Counted from the first letter of the stretch, positions 29,418 through 40,728 are shown. The stretch: DNA of 64,000 bases from Endomicrobiia bacterium (GCA_039630545.1 JBCNUU010000006.1:1-64000); one strand, 5' to 3'. Notes: generated by a model from the letters alone, not told the origin. Translations and numbers: made by a program.

Positions 29418-29853
29418 AGTATTGGATTAAAGGATTTAAAAAAATTTTTTCTAAAATTTCTTTTACATATTTTTCTTTTATTGCTGGTTCTAAAATAAGT
29501 TGGGTTCCAGAATGAACTTCAATTGATTTATTTATACCTAAATATCTTACTGCGTTAGAAATTGTATTCGCCACTACATCCAGTACAGCCGGTTTATACC
29601 ATATATTAATAATTGTTTTGTCGTTATTTTCTTTTTTTTGTTTCTTCTTTTTAACTTTATAATTTTCTAAAAAAGGGTCTACAAGTAAAGTTTCTACAAT
29701 AAAAGTTATTTCTGAATCATTAACTCCTGAAAATGAATAAATCTTATTTATATTCATTCTATGTATTTTTACAGGACTTATTGTGTTTATCTCGTTAATA
29801 AGGTCTTTATAGTCTTTATTTTTAGGGATAATCTCAACTATGTATTTTTCCAT
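29404..29853 (-). CDS. purS: PurS-like protein (apparently two PurS modules)
   Basis: Upstream of and overlapping purL; LLVDPFLE, YKPAVLDVVA and FLNPLIQ resemble PurS motifs. Confidence 0.65.
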   Translation of the reverse strand: MEKYIVEIIPKNKDYKDLINEINTISPVKIHRMNINKIYSFSGVNDSEITFIVETLLVDPFLENYKVKKKKQKKENNDKTIINIWYKPAVLDVVANTISNAVRYLGINKSIEVHSGTQLILEPAIKEKYVKEILEKIFLNPLIQYYEIL

Positions 29854-29862
29854 ATTTTAAAA

Positions 29863-31713
29863 CTACAAGTTACTATAAATAGTTTTTAAAATTTTTTCTT
29901 CTGTTAAACCAACTAAATCATCTAATATGTGTTTATCACCGAAAGTAATAAATTTATCAGGTAATGAAATCGGAATAACTTTTGTCTTGCAATGGTTTTT
30001 AGTTATATATTCACTAACTGCTGAAAATAAACCTCCTATAATAGAGTTTTCTTCTACAGTTACAACTACTACATCTTCTTTACAAACTTTTTCTAATAAT
30101 GCTTCATCAAGAGGTTTAACAAATCTCATGTTTACAACACTACATTCACAATCTAGTTTATCTACAATTTTAATTATTCTGTAAATCAAAGGACCAACAC
30201 AAAGAAATACTATCTTTGAATTGTGTGTGTATTTTTCTATACAAGCTTTGCCTGGGTCTATTTTATGAAAATTTTCAAAATCTACAAAAGTATCTGGGAT
30301 GTAATCTCTTGGATATCTTATCGCAACAGGTCCATTTATGTATTCCACAGCAGTATAAAACATGTCTTTAAGTTCTTCTCCATTCTTTGGAACCATAATG
30401 GTCATATTTGGTATAAATCTCAAATAAGATAAATCAAAACTTCCGTGATGAGTGGGTCCATCTTTGCCAACTAGTCCTGCTCTATCAATCATAAACACAA
30501 CATGTAAATTCTGTAAAGCAACATCATGAATAATTTGATCCAGTGATCTTTGTAGAAAAGTTGAATAAATAGCACATACAGGAATAAAACCACCTCTTGC
30601 AAGTCCACAAGCAAACGAAACAGCATGTTCCTCCGCAATACCTACATCAAAAAATCTATTTCTAAAAACTTCAGAAAACTCTTCAAGTCCACATCCTTCA
30701 GTCATAGCAGCTGTAATACCAACTATTTTTGGATTTCTTTTAGCTAAATTAATGATTGATTTTGAAAATACATCAGTAAATGTTATTTTTTCACTTTTAA
30801 TTTCTTCTCCGGTTTCAATTACAAAAGGGACTACTCCATGATATTTTTCAGGCTTTTTTTCTGCAGGTTTATAACCTTTACCTTTTTTTGTAACAACATG
30901 TACTACAACTGGCCCTTTGAAATTTTTTATATTTTTAAATACTTCGCACAGCTCCTTAATATCATGACCATCTACAGGTCCAACATACGCAAACCCCATT
31001 TCTTCAAATAACATTCCAGGAAATAACAGAAGTTTAAAACGTTTAGCCACTCTAAGTAGTATCTGACCTATATATTTAAGTCGTCTTAAAAATTTATCTA
31101 TTCTGCTTTCAATTTTTTTTACTAAACCTAAAGTAAACAATCTCACTAACATTTTAGCAATAGCACCAACACTTTTGGAAATAAACATAGCGTTATCATT
31201 TAAAACTACTATAAAATCATAACCTAAATGTCCGGCACAGTTAAGCCCTTCATAGGTTAACCCTCCACTTAAAGAACCATCTCCAATAACTGCTATAACT
31301 TTGTAATCTTCCCTGTTTATTTCTCTGGCTGCCACTAGACCTAAAGCGGTAGATATAGCTGTTGAAGCATGTCCAACAGTGAATATATCATACTCTGATT
31401 CATCCTTATTTGTAAATCCACTTATACCTCCGTATTGTCTTAATGTTGGAAATTTATTTTTTCTGCCGGTAAGTATTTTGTGAGTATAGGTTTGATGTCC
31501 AACATCCCACACGATCTTATCATTTGGCATATCAAAAGTGTAATGTAAAGCCACAGTAAGTTCAACAGCTCCTAAATTGGAGGCAAGATGTCCACCCGTT
31601 TTTGAAACAGTTTCAATAATGTATTCTCTTATCTCTTCGGCTAATTTTTTAAGTTCTGAATAATTTAAAGTTTTAATGTCTTTAGGATACTCTACTTTAT
31701 CTAAAATTCTCAT
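29863..31713 (-). CDS. dxs: 1-deoxy-D-xylulose-5-phosphate synthase
   Basis: GGHLASNLG, WDVGHQ, GDGS..LNDN, DVGIAEEHA, DRAGLVGKDGPTHHG. Confidence 0.98.
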   Translation of the reverse strand: MRILDKVEYPKDIKTLNYSELKKLAEEIREYIIETVSKTGGHLASNLGAVELTVALHYTFDMPNDKIVWDVGHQTYTHKILTGRKNKFPTLRQYGGISGFTNKDESEYDIFTVGHASTAISTALGLVAAREINREDYKVIAVIGDGSLSGGLTYEGLNCAGHLGYDFIVVLNDNAMFISKSVGAIAKMLVRLFTLGLVKKIESRIDKFLRRLKYIGQILLRVAKRFKLLLFPGMLFEEMGFAYVGPVDGHDIKELCEVFKNIKNFKGPVVVHVVTKKGKGYKPAEKKPEKYHGVVPFVIETGEEIKSEKITFTDVFSKSIINLAKRNPKIVGITAAMTEGCGLEEFSEVFRNRFFDVGIAEEHAVSFACGLARGGFIPVCAIYSTFLQRSLDQIIHDVALQNLHVVFMIDRAGLVGKDGPTHHGSFDLSYLRFIPNMTIMVPKNGEELKDMFYTAVEYINGPVAIRYPRDYIPDTFVDFENFHKIDPGKACIEKYTHNSKIVFLCVGPLIYRIIKIVDKLDCECSVVNMRFVKPLDEALLEKVCKEDVVVVTVEENSIIGGLFSAVSEYITKNHCKTKVIPISLPDKFITFGDKHILDDLVGLTEEKILKTIYSNL

Positions 31714-32600
31714 ACGGTCCTTGTTGAAATTTTTTCAATTAAGTATTTTAAGTAACCATTATTTTTGCTAAATTCTTTATCAATTTTACAAATTATATCT
31801 TTTTTAAGCTGTTCAATAAAATTTTTTGTTCCATTAATTCCTATTAGTGAAGGATAACACAAACTTTCTTTATCCTGGCCAGAAAGAAAATCAATTAAAT
31901 CGTCAGTTACTTGAAAAAGAAGACCAATTTTTTTTCCTATTTCTTTCAAGATTTTTATCTTTTTATTATCAAGAGAAGCAACAAAAGCAGGAATTGTTAC
32001 CGCAGCTTCTATTAACTTCGCTGTTTTATTTATACTTAAATCTCTTATATATAGAGAAAGGAATTTTTTATTTTTACCTAAAAACTTTTTACTTTCTAAG
32101 TCCATAAGTTGTCCTTTTATAAGTCCATTAAGTCCAGCATAGTTAGACACCAATTTTATAGACTTTATGACAATATCCTGATCTTTTTTCCAATCAGATA
32201 AAATCTCAAAAGATAAAGTTAAAAGCCCATCCCCTGTAAGCACAGCATCTGATTCGGAAAATTTTTTATGAAGAGCAAGTCTACCTCTGCGGTAATCATC
32301 GTTATCCATACAAGGTAGATCATCATGTATAAGTGAGTAGTTATGTATTAACTCTATACAGCAGGCAGGATAAAGAACTTCTGCTTTTTTTATTCCTAAC
32401 ATTTCAGCCGAACTAAACATTAAAGCAGGTCTTATATACTTGCCGGAAGGAAATAAAGGATATAAAACGATTCTTTTATACTTGTACTGAAGACCATCTA
32501 AATATTTTTCTAATATTTTCTTAAAGTTTCTTTCAAACCATATTCTATCTTCTTTGAATTTTTTTTCAAAATGGAAGTTCATCATCGGTGTCTTCTTCAT
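31710..32600 (-). CDS. ispA: Polyprenyl (geranyl/farnesyl) diphosphate synthase; start uncertain
   Basis: SLIHDDLPCMDNDDYRRG, GQLMDL, KTA, FQVTDD. Confidence 0.93.
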   Translation of the reverse strand: MKKTPMMNFHFEKKFKEDRIWFERNFKKILEKYLDGLQYKYKRIVLYPLFPSGKYIRPALMFSSAEMLGIKKAEVLYPACCIELIHNYSLIHDDLPCMDNDDYRRGRLALHKKFSESDAVLTGDGLLTLSFEILSDWKKDQDIVIKSIKLVSNYAGLNGLIKGQLMDLESKKFLGKNKKFLSLYIRDLSINKTAKLIEAAVTIPAFVASLDNKKIKILKEIGKKIGLLFQVTDDLIDFLSGQDKESLCYPSLIGINGTKNFIEQLKKDIICKIDKEFSKNNGYLKYLIEKISTRTV

Positions 32601-32883
32601 CTTCTTTATTTTTAAAGTTAAAATTTTTGTTATTCAGTTCTTCATCTTTTTTATCTAAAAATGGCTTAAGTGTAAAACCTTCTTTTGTTCTTATTACTAT
32701 TTCTACTTTGTGTTTCACCTCTTCTAATTTCTGATTACAAAAATTTACCAATTCCATACCTTCTTGAAAAAGGTTAATAGTCTCTTCAAGTGGAACATCT
32801 GAAGTTTCCAATTTTGTAACTATTTCTTCAAGTCTTTTTAATGCTTCTTCAAAATTATATTTTTCTTTTCTATTTTTTTCCAT
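32566..32883 (-). CDS. xseB: Exonuclease VII small subunit
   Basis: FEEALKRLEEIVTKLE..PLEE...FQEG...C..KL; located before ispA-dxs. Confidence 0.93.
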   Translation of the reverse strand: MEKNRKEKYNFEEALKRLEEIVTKLETSDVPLEETINLFQEGMELVNFCNQKLEEVKHKVEIVIRTKEGFTLKPFLDKKDEELNNKNFNFKNKEDEEDTDDELPF

Positions 32884-32896
32884 AAATTTCTCCTTC

Positions 32897-33316
32897 TTAA
32901 TAACTTTCTTTTATTATTTTTATAAGTTCTTTATCTGATTTATAGGTAAGAATGTCTTCCACATTTTTTATTTCATACCACAATACTTCTTCCACCTCTT
33001 TACTTTTTATTTGTTTAACACTTATTGGTTCCATTAAATACCAGCATACATTTTTATGAATTTTTTTCCCATCTTCTATAAACCAATATTCTACATCTTT
33101 TATTTTCTTTATTATTTTTGCCTCTACACCAGTTTCTTCTTTTACTTCTCTTAAAGCGGCAGCTTCTGGAGTTTCTTCTTTTTCAATATGGCCTTTGGGA
33201 AAAGTGTAGACAGTTTCTCCTTTCAAATTTTTAGTTTTTATCACAAGAACTTTATTTTTATCTATAACTACTCCGCCAGCTGAAAACTCAAAACTTACTT
33301 TTTTTTCCTTATTCAT
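32897..33316 (-). CDS. NUDIX hydrolase (Ap4A hydrolase-like)
   Basis: SAGGVV, PKGHIE..ETPEAAALREVKEETG. Confidence 0.92.
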   Translation of the reverse strand: MNKEKKVSFEFSAGGVVIDKNKVLVIKTKNLKGETVYTFPKGHIEKEETPEAAALREVKEETGVEAKIIKKIKDVEYWFIEDGKKIHKNVCWYLMEPISVKQIKSKEVEEVLWYEIKNVEDILTYKSDKELIKIIKESY

Positions 33317-33812
33317 ATATCTTTATCACATCCTGGAGTGATTTTTTGTTTATTTTCTTCACATTTTCAAGTTCTTTTTCCTCAGGATAACCTAGGGAAA
33401 TCAAACTTACTAATTTATATTTATTGTCTACTTTAAGAAGTTCTTTTATTTTCTCAGCATAAACTTTTTTGTCACCTGCTACCCAGCAACTCCCTATTCC
33501 ATAACACCATGCTGCCAAAAGAATATTTTGTGTAGCTGCACAACCATCTTCTAAATAATACTTTGTATCTTCACAAAATACTACAATGCAACAATAAGCA
33601 TCTTTGATAAACTTTCCATAATCTGTAATTTCAGCTATTTGGTTTTTTATTTCTTTGTTTTTAACAACAACAAATAACCATGGTTGTTTATTATTTGCAG
33701 AAGGTGCTAATCTTGCACAATCTAAGATTTCTTTTATAATATTATCGGGTATAGGTTTGTTAGTGTATCTTCTTATACTTCTTCTTGTTTTTATTACTTC
33801 TAATATGCTCAT
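33309..33812 (-). CDS. Nitroreductase family protein
   Basis: RRSIRRY, APSANNKQPW, GIGSCW, LGYP. Confidence 0.93.
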   Translation of the reverse strand: MSILEVIKTRRSIRRYTNKPIPDNIIKEILDCARLAPSANNKQPWLFVVVKNKEIKNQIAEITDYGKFIKDAYCCIVVFCEDTKYYLEDGCAATQNILLAAWCYGIGSCWVAGDKKVYAEKIKELLKVDNKYKLVSLISLGYPEEKELENVKKINKKSLQDVIKIYE

Positions 33813-33835
33813 ACAATTAAAATTTAAACTTTTAT

Positions 33836-34978
33836 TTAGAGTAAAATTATCATAAGAAACAAAGCAATCAAGCCCGTAAAACTCCCGAACAAAAATGGAG
33901 CACCCACACCAATACTATCCCATAAAAATCCTGCTATTGTGCTTGCAAAAAAAAGCATAAAACCTCCTACAGTTGAATGTGTACCTAAAACTGTAGCTTT
34001 ATATTCCGGAGGTGAAATTTCTGCTAAAAATGCTTTCTCTTGTCCTTCTACAATAGCTATATAAATACCATATACTACAAATAAGATCCAGATAAGGTCA
34101 GGTTTTTTTATAGCAAAAAATCCAAAATATACAAAAGAGTAAATTAAGTAGCCTAATATTATTGTTGTTTTTTTACCAATTTTATCTCCCAGAATACCTG
34201 CTGGGTAAGAAAAAATAGTATAAGATATATTGTATATTAAATAAAGCAAAATTATGTTTAAGTAACTAACACCTAGATGTTTAGCTCTCAAAAGTAAAAA
34301 TTGATTTGAAGAGTTGCCTAAAGAAAAAATAGCAGAAATAAAAATATACTTTTTAGCAACTTCAGGTATGTATCTAAAACTAAAAAGTTTGTGTCCCGCT
34401 CTTTTAGAAGAAAATTCTTTTTTCTTTGGTTCCTTTACAAAAAATAGCACAACTACGGCCAAAAACGCAGGAATTAAAGACAAAAGAAAGACTTTTTTAA
34501 ATGGTACCTCTTCAGGATAAAAATAAAACACAATGTATACCACAATCACTCCTAACATAGCTCCAAAAGTATCCATTGCTCTATGTAAACCAAAAACTTT
34601 TCCTTTTTTAACATCATCTATAGATTCAGAAATTAAAGCATCTCTTGGTGCAGTCCTTACACCTTTACCTAATCTATCAACTACTCTTGCTAGCAATACC
34701 ATAAACCATGTTTTACTTACATATAAAAACATTTTACCAATTGTAGAAAATGAATATCCAAAAATAGCGAAAGGTTTTCTTTTTTTAAATTTATCTGAAA
34801 AACTACCAGAAAAAATTTTAAGAAGATTAGCTACACTTTCTGCTATGCCTTCTATGATTCCTATAATACTAAATGGGGTATTTAAGGAAGCTAAATAAAG
34901 ACCCAACAAAGGATAGATCATTTCAGAAGAAACATCGGTTAACAAACTAGTAATTCCTAAAAGAATTATGTTTTTCAT
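33836..34978 (-). CDS. MFS transporter
   Basis: TDVSSEMIYP, DRLGKGVRTAPRDALI, about 12 TM segments. Confidence 0.92.
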   Translation of the reverse strand: MKNIILLGITSLLTDVSSEMIYPLLGLYLASLNTPFSIIGIIEGIAESVANLLKIFSGSFSDKFKKRKPFAIFGYSFSTIGKMFLYVSKTWFMVLLARVVDRLGKGVRTAPRDALISESIDDVKKGKVFGLHRAMDTFGAMLGVIVVYIVFYFYPEEVPFKKVFLLSLIPAFLAVVVLFFVKEPKKKEFSSKRAGHKLFSFRYIPEVAKKYIFISAIFSLGNSSNQFLLLRAKHLGVSYLNIILLYLIYNISYTIFSYPAGILGDKIGKKTTIILGYLIYSFVYFGFFAIKKPDLIWILFVVYGIYIAIVEGQEKAFLAEISPPEYKATVLGTHSTVGGFMLFFASTIAGFLWDSIGVGAPFLFGSFTGLIALFLMIILL

Positions 34979-35057
34979 AATAAATTTTATTCTATAATAT
35001 TTTTACTTAAAATTAAAGTGTTGAAAAAGCTAAAAGTTTTTGATAGAATTTTCAGAA

Positions 35058-36410
35058 ATGAAAATTATACTAATAAATCCTCCTGTATATGACTTTAGTG
35101 CATATGATGTGTGGATCAAACCGTTAGGAATTCTTTATCTTTCTAACATATTAAAGAAACATAACTTTGAAATTGTACTGTTAGATTGTTTAGACAGAAA
35201 CTTTTTTTTAGATAAGCCAGTAAAGGAAAACGGCACTGGAAAATACCCCTATGAAGTTGTTCAAAAACCTTCTGTTTTAAGCAATATCCCCTTAAGATAC
35301 AAAAGATACGGAGTAAGTAAAAAGATAATTGAAGATTTTCTATTAACACATAAAGACGCCAGGTATGTAATAGTTACTTCCTGCATGAGTTACTGGTATT
35401 TAGGAGTAGAGGAGATAATAGATACTGTAAAGAGACTTCTTCCAGAAAGCAAAATAATTCTCGGAGGAACTTATCCTGTAATCATGCCTGAGCACGCTAA
35501 GAGTTTATTCTCATCTAAAGTAGCTCTAATATCATGCAAGCCAGGCTTTTATGAAGTGCTAGATTATCTTGATATTCCTGAAAAGGAATACTATAATTCT
35601 TTTGAAAACTTTCCTGCCCCAGATTATACATTGTATAAAAGAGTATGGTATGTTGTTTTAAGGTTATCTTATGGATGTGGAAATAGATGCACATATTGTG
35701 CAACAGGAAGTATATTTTCAGATTATCAAGTCAAAGATATAAAAAAAGTAGTAAAGGAAATAATAGAACTTTACAATCTTACAAATTGTCAAAATTTTGT
35801 ATTTTATGATGACTATCTTCCGATTAACAAAAGATATTTTTTAGATTTGTTTAAAGAATTATCTAAATTAAATCTGAAAATTAAATTTTTTACTCCAAAT
35901 GGTATAAATCCTAAATTAATCTCAAAGGAAACAGCAATTCTTCTAAAACAACTTAATTTTATAGATCCCAGACTCAGCTTGGAAACAGTTTCTAATTTAA
36001 CACATAATTTAGTAGACAAAAAAGTTTTTCTTAAAGATTTTGAAGAAGCTCTTAAAAATTTAGTTCTTGCCGGATATAACCCAAATGAAATATCGGTATA
36101 CTTGTTAGCTGGATTACCAGGTGAAACTATAGAAGATGTTTATAACTCAATAAATATTATGTCTGCATATAAAGTAAGAATTAGACTTAGTGAATTATCT
36201 ATTGTGCCTAAAAGCAAGTTGTTTTATGATTTAAATCTTGATGAAACAGTGGATCCACTTCTTTATAACAACACTATATTTTTATTTCATGGAATTCCTG
36301 GTAAAATAAAACCATGGTGCAACTTTGAAGAAATGCAACAGCTTAAAAACCATGTAAAAGAAATAAATTCAAAAATTAATGTTTTGGATTTTAAAGAAAG
36401 TTATGTTTGA
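35058..36410 (+). CDS. B12-binding radical SAM protein
   Basis: LINPPVYDF..PLGILY, ILGG, CGNRCTYC motif, FYDD, TPNG. Confidence 0.88.
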   Translation: MKIILINPPVYDFSAYDVWIKPLGILYLSNILKKHNFEIVLLDCLDRNFFLDKPVKENGTGKYPYEVVQKPSVLSNIPLRYKRYGVSKKIIEDFLLTHKDARYVIVTSCMSYWYLGVEEIIDTVKRLLPESKIILGGTYPVIMPEHAKSLFSSKVALISCKPGFYEVLDYLDIPEKEYYNSFENFPAPDYTLYKRVWYVVLRLSYGCGNRCTYCATGSIFSDYQVKDIKKVVKEIIELYNLTNCQNFVFYDDYLPINKRYFLDLFKELSKLNLKIKFFTPNGINPKLISKETAILLKQLNFIDPRLSLETVSNLTHNLVDKKVFLKDFEEALKNLVLAGYNPNEISVYLLAGLPGETIEDVYNSINIMSAYKVRIRLSELSIVPKSKLFYDLNLDETVDPLLYNNTIFLFHGIPGKIKPWCNFEEMQQLKNHVKEINSKINVLDFKESYV

Positions 36411-37167
36411 TACTCACTCCCATTTATTTGACAAAAAAATTCTTCCACAACTGGATATTATTCTTCAACAAATAAATTCTTTAAATTTCTTAGGTGTAAT
36501 CTGCATCTGTGAAAATGAAAAAGATATAGAATATTTCTTAAAATATTACTTAAAGTATAATTTTCTTTATTGTAGTATTGGCATTCATCCTCATAATGCT
36601 AAAAACTTTAATGAAAAAAACTTTTTATATATGTTTGAAACATTAAAAAAAACTCAAAGGTTAGTTGCCATAGGAGAAACAGGTCTTGATTTTTATTACA
36701 ACTTCTCTGACAAGGAAACACAACTAAGATGCTTTTATTTTCAACTTAAATTTGCTAAGAGCCAAAATTTACCTGTTATAATACATTCAAGAAACAGCAA
36801 ACTTATCACTTATAACATTCTTAAAGAAGAAAATATCACTAAAGGAATTATTCATTGTTTTAGTGAGGATACTGAGTACGCAAAGAAGTTTGTAGAATTA
36901 GGATTTCTTTTAGGAATAACTGGAATTATTACATTTGAAAAGTCAACCAGTTTAAAAGAAACTTTGAAATCTATAAGTATATCTGATATCGTTGTGGAAA
37001 CAGATTCTCCATATTTAACTCCGCATCCTTATAGAGGAAGGCCAAACAATCCATTGTATCTAAAATATATACTTCAAGAAATAGAAAAAATAAAAGGTAG
37101 TTCATTTGATGAGATAGAAAAAATAACTGATAGGAATGCTTTAAGAGTTTTCAATTTAATACAATGA
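36403..37167 (+). CDS. tatD: TatD family hydrolase
   Basis: DTHSH, GIHPH, AIGETGLD, IHSR, IHCF, ETDSPY. Confidence 0.96.
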   Translation: MFDTHSHLFDKKILPQLDIILQQINSLNFLGVICICENEKDIEYFLKYYLKYNFLYCSIGIHPHNAKNFNEKNFLYMFETLKKTQRLVAIGETGLDFYYNFSDKETQLRCFYFQLKFAKSQNLPVIIHSRNSKLITYNILKEENITKGIIHCFSEDTEYAKKFVELGFLLGITGIITFEKSTSLKETLKSISISDIVVETDSPYLTPHPYRGRPNNPLYLKYILQEIEKIKGSSFDEIEKITDRNALRVFNLIQ

Positions 37168-39317
37168 AGAACAAAATCTTTCTATTATTAATTTTTATTC
37201 TGTCTTTGATTTTCTTTTCAGATATAATATTCAAAGATAAAACATTTTTTCAAAGAGATATAATTCTACAATTTAAACCCTGGAAAGTTTATATAAAAAA
37301 CTGCTTGGGTAAAATTGACTCAAAAGACTATCTGGATTTTCTTCCTTTATGGAATCCCTACAACCATTGTGGCACTCCTTTTATAAGCAACATTCAATCT
37401 CAGATCTTTTATCCATTAAGTATTATTTTTTACCTATTCAATAGTTTTGAAGTCGCATTTAAAATTTTTATAATTTTTCATATAATTCTAGCAGGATTTT
37501 TTATGTTTTTGTTTTTAAAAAATAGAAATCTAAACTTCATAAGTTGTATTGCTGGCAGCATCGTATGGTGTTTTAACGGATATATTATATCAAGAATTGA
37601 ATTTTTAAGTGTTTTTAGTTCTATAATATGGCTACCTTTAATTATTTTTTTGATTGATAAATTTCCATATACATTCTCTTTATCTCATGTTATATACTTA
37701 TCTTTCGCAATGGCTTTTAAGTTTTTAGCTGGACACACACAGATATGGTTTTATGCTATGTGCTTTTGTGTGATGTATGTTATTTTTTTAAGTATTATAA
37801 GACAAAACAAAACAATAGTGTTTATGTTTGCGCTAAGTGTTGGCCTTTCTTTGGTTTTTTGTTGTATTCAGTTTTTGCCAACCTTAGAATTTGTTCTCCA
37901 TTCCACAAGAGGAGGATTTGAAATTAAAAAATTTGGAATGGATTTTAAAGAATCTGCAACCTATTCTTTAAAATTCTCTCATCTTATAAATTTTATTTAT
38001 CCTTTTTACTGGCAGGTTAATCCTGAGGTGTTTAATATAAAAAATTCAATTAAAATTTTAAATTTACCTAATTACTGGATATATACCTTTTATGTAGGAG
38101 TAATAACCATTTTTTTGTCTGTATTTTATTTTTTTAGTAGAAGAGATATTAAAGAAAAAATTTTCCTGTTATTCAGTTTTATTTTTTTTATAACTTATGC
38201 ACTTGGAGAAAATTTTTGGCTTTATGGTTTTTTATATGAAATATTTCCAGTTGTAAGAATTTTCCGATATCCTGCTACTGCTAGTTATATTCCGGTTTTT
38301 GTGTTTTGTATTTTGTGTTCTTTTGGTTTAGATATTTTAGTTTCTTTTATTAAAAATGAAAAAATTAAAAAAATTTTATACTTATTGCCTGCTTTAATAT
38401 TTTTAGAGTTAGTATATTATAGCAAAAAAATAACAATTACTTTACCTTCTAAAATCCTTTATGAAAAAGCCTCAACAATAGACTTTTTGTTAAAATTAAA
38501 AGACATAAACCTCTACAGAATAGCTTTAACTCCGAAAACTCAAGTTTTAGCAAGGAGTGTTTCTTCTAAAAATTTATATGAAGCAATAAAAACCTACAGG
38601 GATAATCTATTAGGAAACATAAATCTTGACTACTTTATTTATAATTTTAGAGGTCAGGATATAGAACTTAAAAATTTTTTTGATTTTATCGATCTGGTGT
38701 ATAAAAGAAAATCACTGGATGAAGCTCTTCCATTTTTTTCTATATCCAATGTTAAATATATTCTATCTTCAGAATATCAGAGTACAAAATTTTGTAATTT
38801 AATTTCTAATAGAAGTAACATGAAAATATACGAAAATCCATTTGCTTTAAAAAAAGTATATTTTGTAAACAAGTATATTCTTGAAACTGATTTAGAAAAA
38901 TCTAAAGAAATAATGCAAAATATAGCTAAAAACTTAAATGAAATCGTAATAATTCATACTAAAGAACAATTTAAAATAAATTCTTTAAACAAAAAAGCAA
39001 AATATTATATAAAAAATATAAATTCTGAAAACAACAAAATTTTTATAGAAATAGACAATCCCACAGATGGATTTTTGGTTTTTTCTCAAAATTTTTACCC
39101 TGGATGGAAGTGTTATTTAAATGGCTGCTTAGAGAAGATTTATCAATGTAATATATATATGATGTGTGTATATTTGAAAAAAGGTGTAAATCAAGTTATG
39201 TTTAAATTTGAACCTGTCAGCTTTAAAATAGGAACGGTTGTTTCTTTAGTAAGTTTATTATTTAGTTTTCTATTTTTATTTGAAAAAGGAGGTTTAACAA
39301 AAAATGAAAGAATGTAA
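37164..39317 (+). CDS. YfhO-family membrane protein (GT-C-like)
   Basis: PLWNPY..GTPF, FYPL, AGH.Q, QFLPT, FRYP, C-terminal YPGWK. Confidence 0.8.
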   Translation: MKNKIFLLLIFILSLIFFSDIIFKDKTFFQRDIILQFKPWKVYIKNCLGKIDSKDYLDFLPLWNPYNHCGTPFISNIQSQIFYPLSIIFYLFNSFEVAFKIFIIFHIILAGFFMFLFLKNRNLNFISCIAGSIVWCFNGYIISRIEFLSVFSSIIWLPLIIFLIDKFPYTFSLSHVIYLSFAMAFKFLAGHTQIWFYAMCFCVMYVIFLSIIRQNKTIVFMFALSVGLSLVFCCIQFLPTLEFVLHSTRGGFEIKKFGMDFKESATYSLKFSHLINFIYPFYWQVNPEVFNIKNSIKILNLPNYWIYTFYVGVITIFLSVFYFFSRRDIKEKIFLLFSFIFFITYALGENFWLYGFLYEIFPVVRIFRYPATASYIPVFVFCILCSFGLDILVSFIKNEKIKKILYLLPALIFLELVYYSKKITITLPSKILYEKASTIDFLLKLKDINLYRIALTPKTQVLARSVSSKNLYEAIKTYRDNLLGNINLDYFIYNFRGQDIELKNFFDFIDLVYKRKSLDEALPFFSISNVKYILSSEYQSTKFCNLISNRSNMKIYENPFALKKVYFVNKYILETDLEKSKEIMQNIAKNLNEIVIIHTKEQFKINSLNKKAKYYIKNINSENNKIFIEIDNPTDGFLVFSQNFYPGWKCYLNGCLEKIYQCNIYMMCVYLKKGVNQVMFKFEPVSFKIGTVVSLVSLLFSFLFLFEKGGLTKNERM

Positions 39318-39501
39318 TATTACACAAAATTTAAAATACTGCACATGCAGTTATGAACCATGCAGCAGAAAAGGAAGATGTTGTGAGTGTGTTTTATATC
39401 ACAGAAAAAACGGAGAACTTCCTGGTTGTTTTTTTCCAAAAGATAAAGAAAGAACTTACAACAGAAGTATAGAATTTTTTGTTTCTATTTTTAAAAAATA
39501 A
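39304..39501 (+). CDS. Small Cys-rich protein (DUF6485-like)
   Basis: [20 protein letters not shown]...ELPGCFF; strong SD AGGAGG. Confidence 0.75.
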   Translation: MKECNITQNLKYCTCSYEPCSRKGRCCECVLYHRKNGELPGCFFPKDKERTYNRSIEFFVSIFKK

Positions 39502-39505
39502 ATAG

Positions 39506-40621
39506 TTATATTATAGTTTCTTCGGTCTCTATATCAAAAAGATGAATTTTTTCTGTGTTTACTACTACTTCTATTACCTGATTAGGCTTTGCTGTATTAT
39601 GTGGATCTGCTTTTATTACAAAGCTGTTTTTGCTGCTTTTAAGATGTAAATAAATTTCTGACCCTAATGTTTCAATAAAGTCCACAGTTAAGGTTACTAA
39701 TGTTCCATCTTTTATAGGTCCTGTGTAGAAAAGTTTATCATACATGTGCTCAGGTCTAACACCTAATATCATTTTGTTGCTCTTTTTTGTGGAGAGGTAA
39801 TTTTCTATTTTTTCTTTGAAACTTGCAGGAAGTTTTAACTTAAAACTTCCCTCATCTGCATATATATCGCCGTTTTCTTTTACTATTTCAACCTCCATAA
39901 AATTCATAGGAGGTGAACCTATAAATCCAGCAACAAATTTATTTCTGGGATTATCATACAGTTCAATTGGTTTATCTACTTGCTGAATAACACCGTCTTT
40001 CATTACACAGATCTTATCCCCTAAAGTCATAGCTTCTACTTGATCATGTGTAACATATATTATTGTTGTTTGAAGACGTTCATGTAATTTTTTAAGCTCG
40101 GCACGCATTTGAACTCTTAATTTAGCATCTAAATTTGAAAGTGGCTCATCAAACAAAAATACTTTCGGTTTTCTTACTATTGCTCTACCAACAGCAACAC
40201 GCTGTCTCTGGCCACCTGAAAGTTCTTTAGGATATCTATTAAGTAAATGTGAAATACCTAAAATTTCAGCAGCTTCTTTTACTCTCATATCTATTTCATG
40301 TTTAGAATACCCACGAATTTTTAAACCAAAAGCCATATTGTCATACACTTTCATATGAGGATACAAAGCATAGTTTTGAAAAACCATAGCTATATCCCTG
40401 TCTTTCGGATGAAGGTTGTTTACAACTTTATCGTCAATATAGATTTTTCCTTCTGTAATTTCTTCAAGTCCAGCAATCATTCTTAAAGTTGTTGTTTTTC
40501 CACATCCCGATGGTCCTACAAGCACAGCGAATTCTTTATCTTTTATTTCTAAATTAATTCTTTTTACAACTTCATGATTACCAAACCTCTTTGTAACATT
40601 TTCTAAAACAACTTTTGCCAT
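39506..40621 (-). CDS. Sugar ABC transporter ATPase (MalK/MsmX/UgpC family)
   Basis: GPSGCGKTT, VFQNYALYPHM, LSGGQRQR, DEPLSNLDA, C-terminal TOBE region. Confidence 0.96.
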   Translation of the reverse strand: MAKVVLENVTKRFGNHEVVKRINLEIKDKEFAVLVGPSGCGKTTTLRMIAGLEEITEGKIYIDDKVVNNLHPKDRDIAMVFQNYALYPHMKVYDNMAFGLKIRGYSKHEIDMRVKEAAEILGISHLLNRYPKELSGGQRQRVAVGRAIVRKPKVFLFDEPLSNLDAKLRVQMRAELKKLHERLQTTIIYVTHDQVEAMTLGDKICVMKDGVIQQVDKPIELYDNPRNKFVAGFIGSPPMNFMEVEIVKENGDIYADEGSFKLKLPASFKEKIENYLSTKKSNKMILGVRPEHMYDKLFYTGPIKDGTLVTLTVDFIETLGSEIYLHLKSSKNSFVIKADPHNTAKPNQVIEVVVNTEKIHLFDIETEETII

Positions 40622-40652
40622 ACTTTCTCCTCCGTTGGTTTTAAGACTAAAA

Positions 40653-40728
40653 CGGGCTCGACGGGATTTGAACCCGCGATCTCTGGCTTGACAGGCCAGC
40701 GTGTTGAACCAGGCTACACCACGAGCCC
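40653..40728 (-). tRNA. tRNA-Asp(GTC)
   Basis: Cloverleaf; anticodon arm CTGGC-CTGTCAA-GCCAG; no encoded CCA. Confidence 0.96.
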
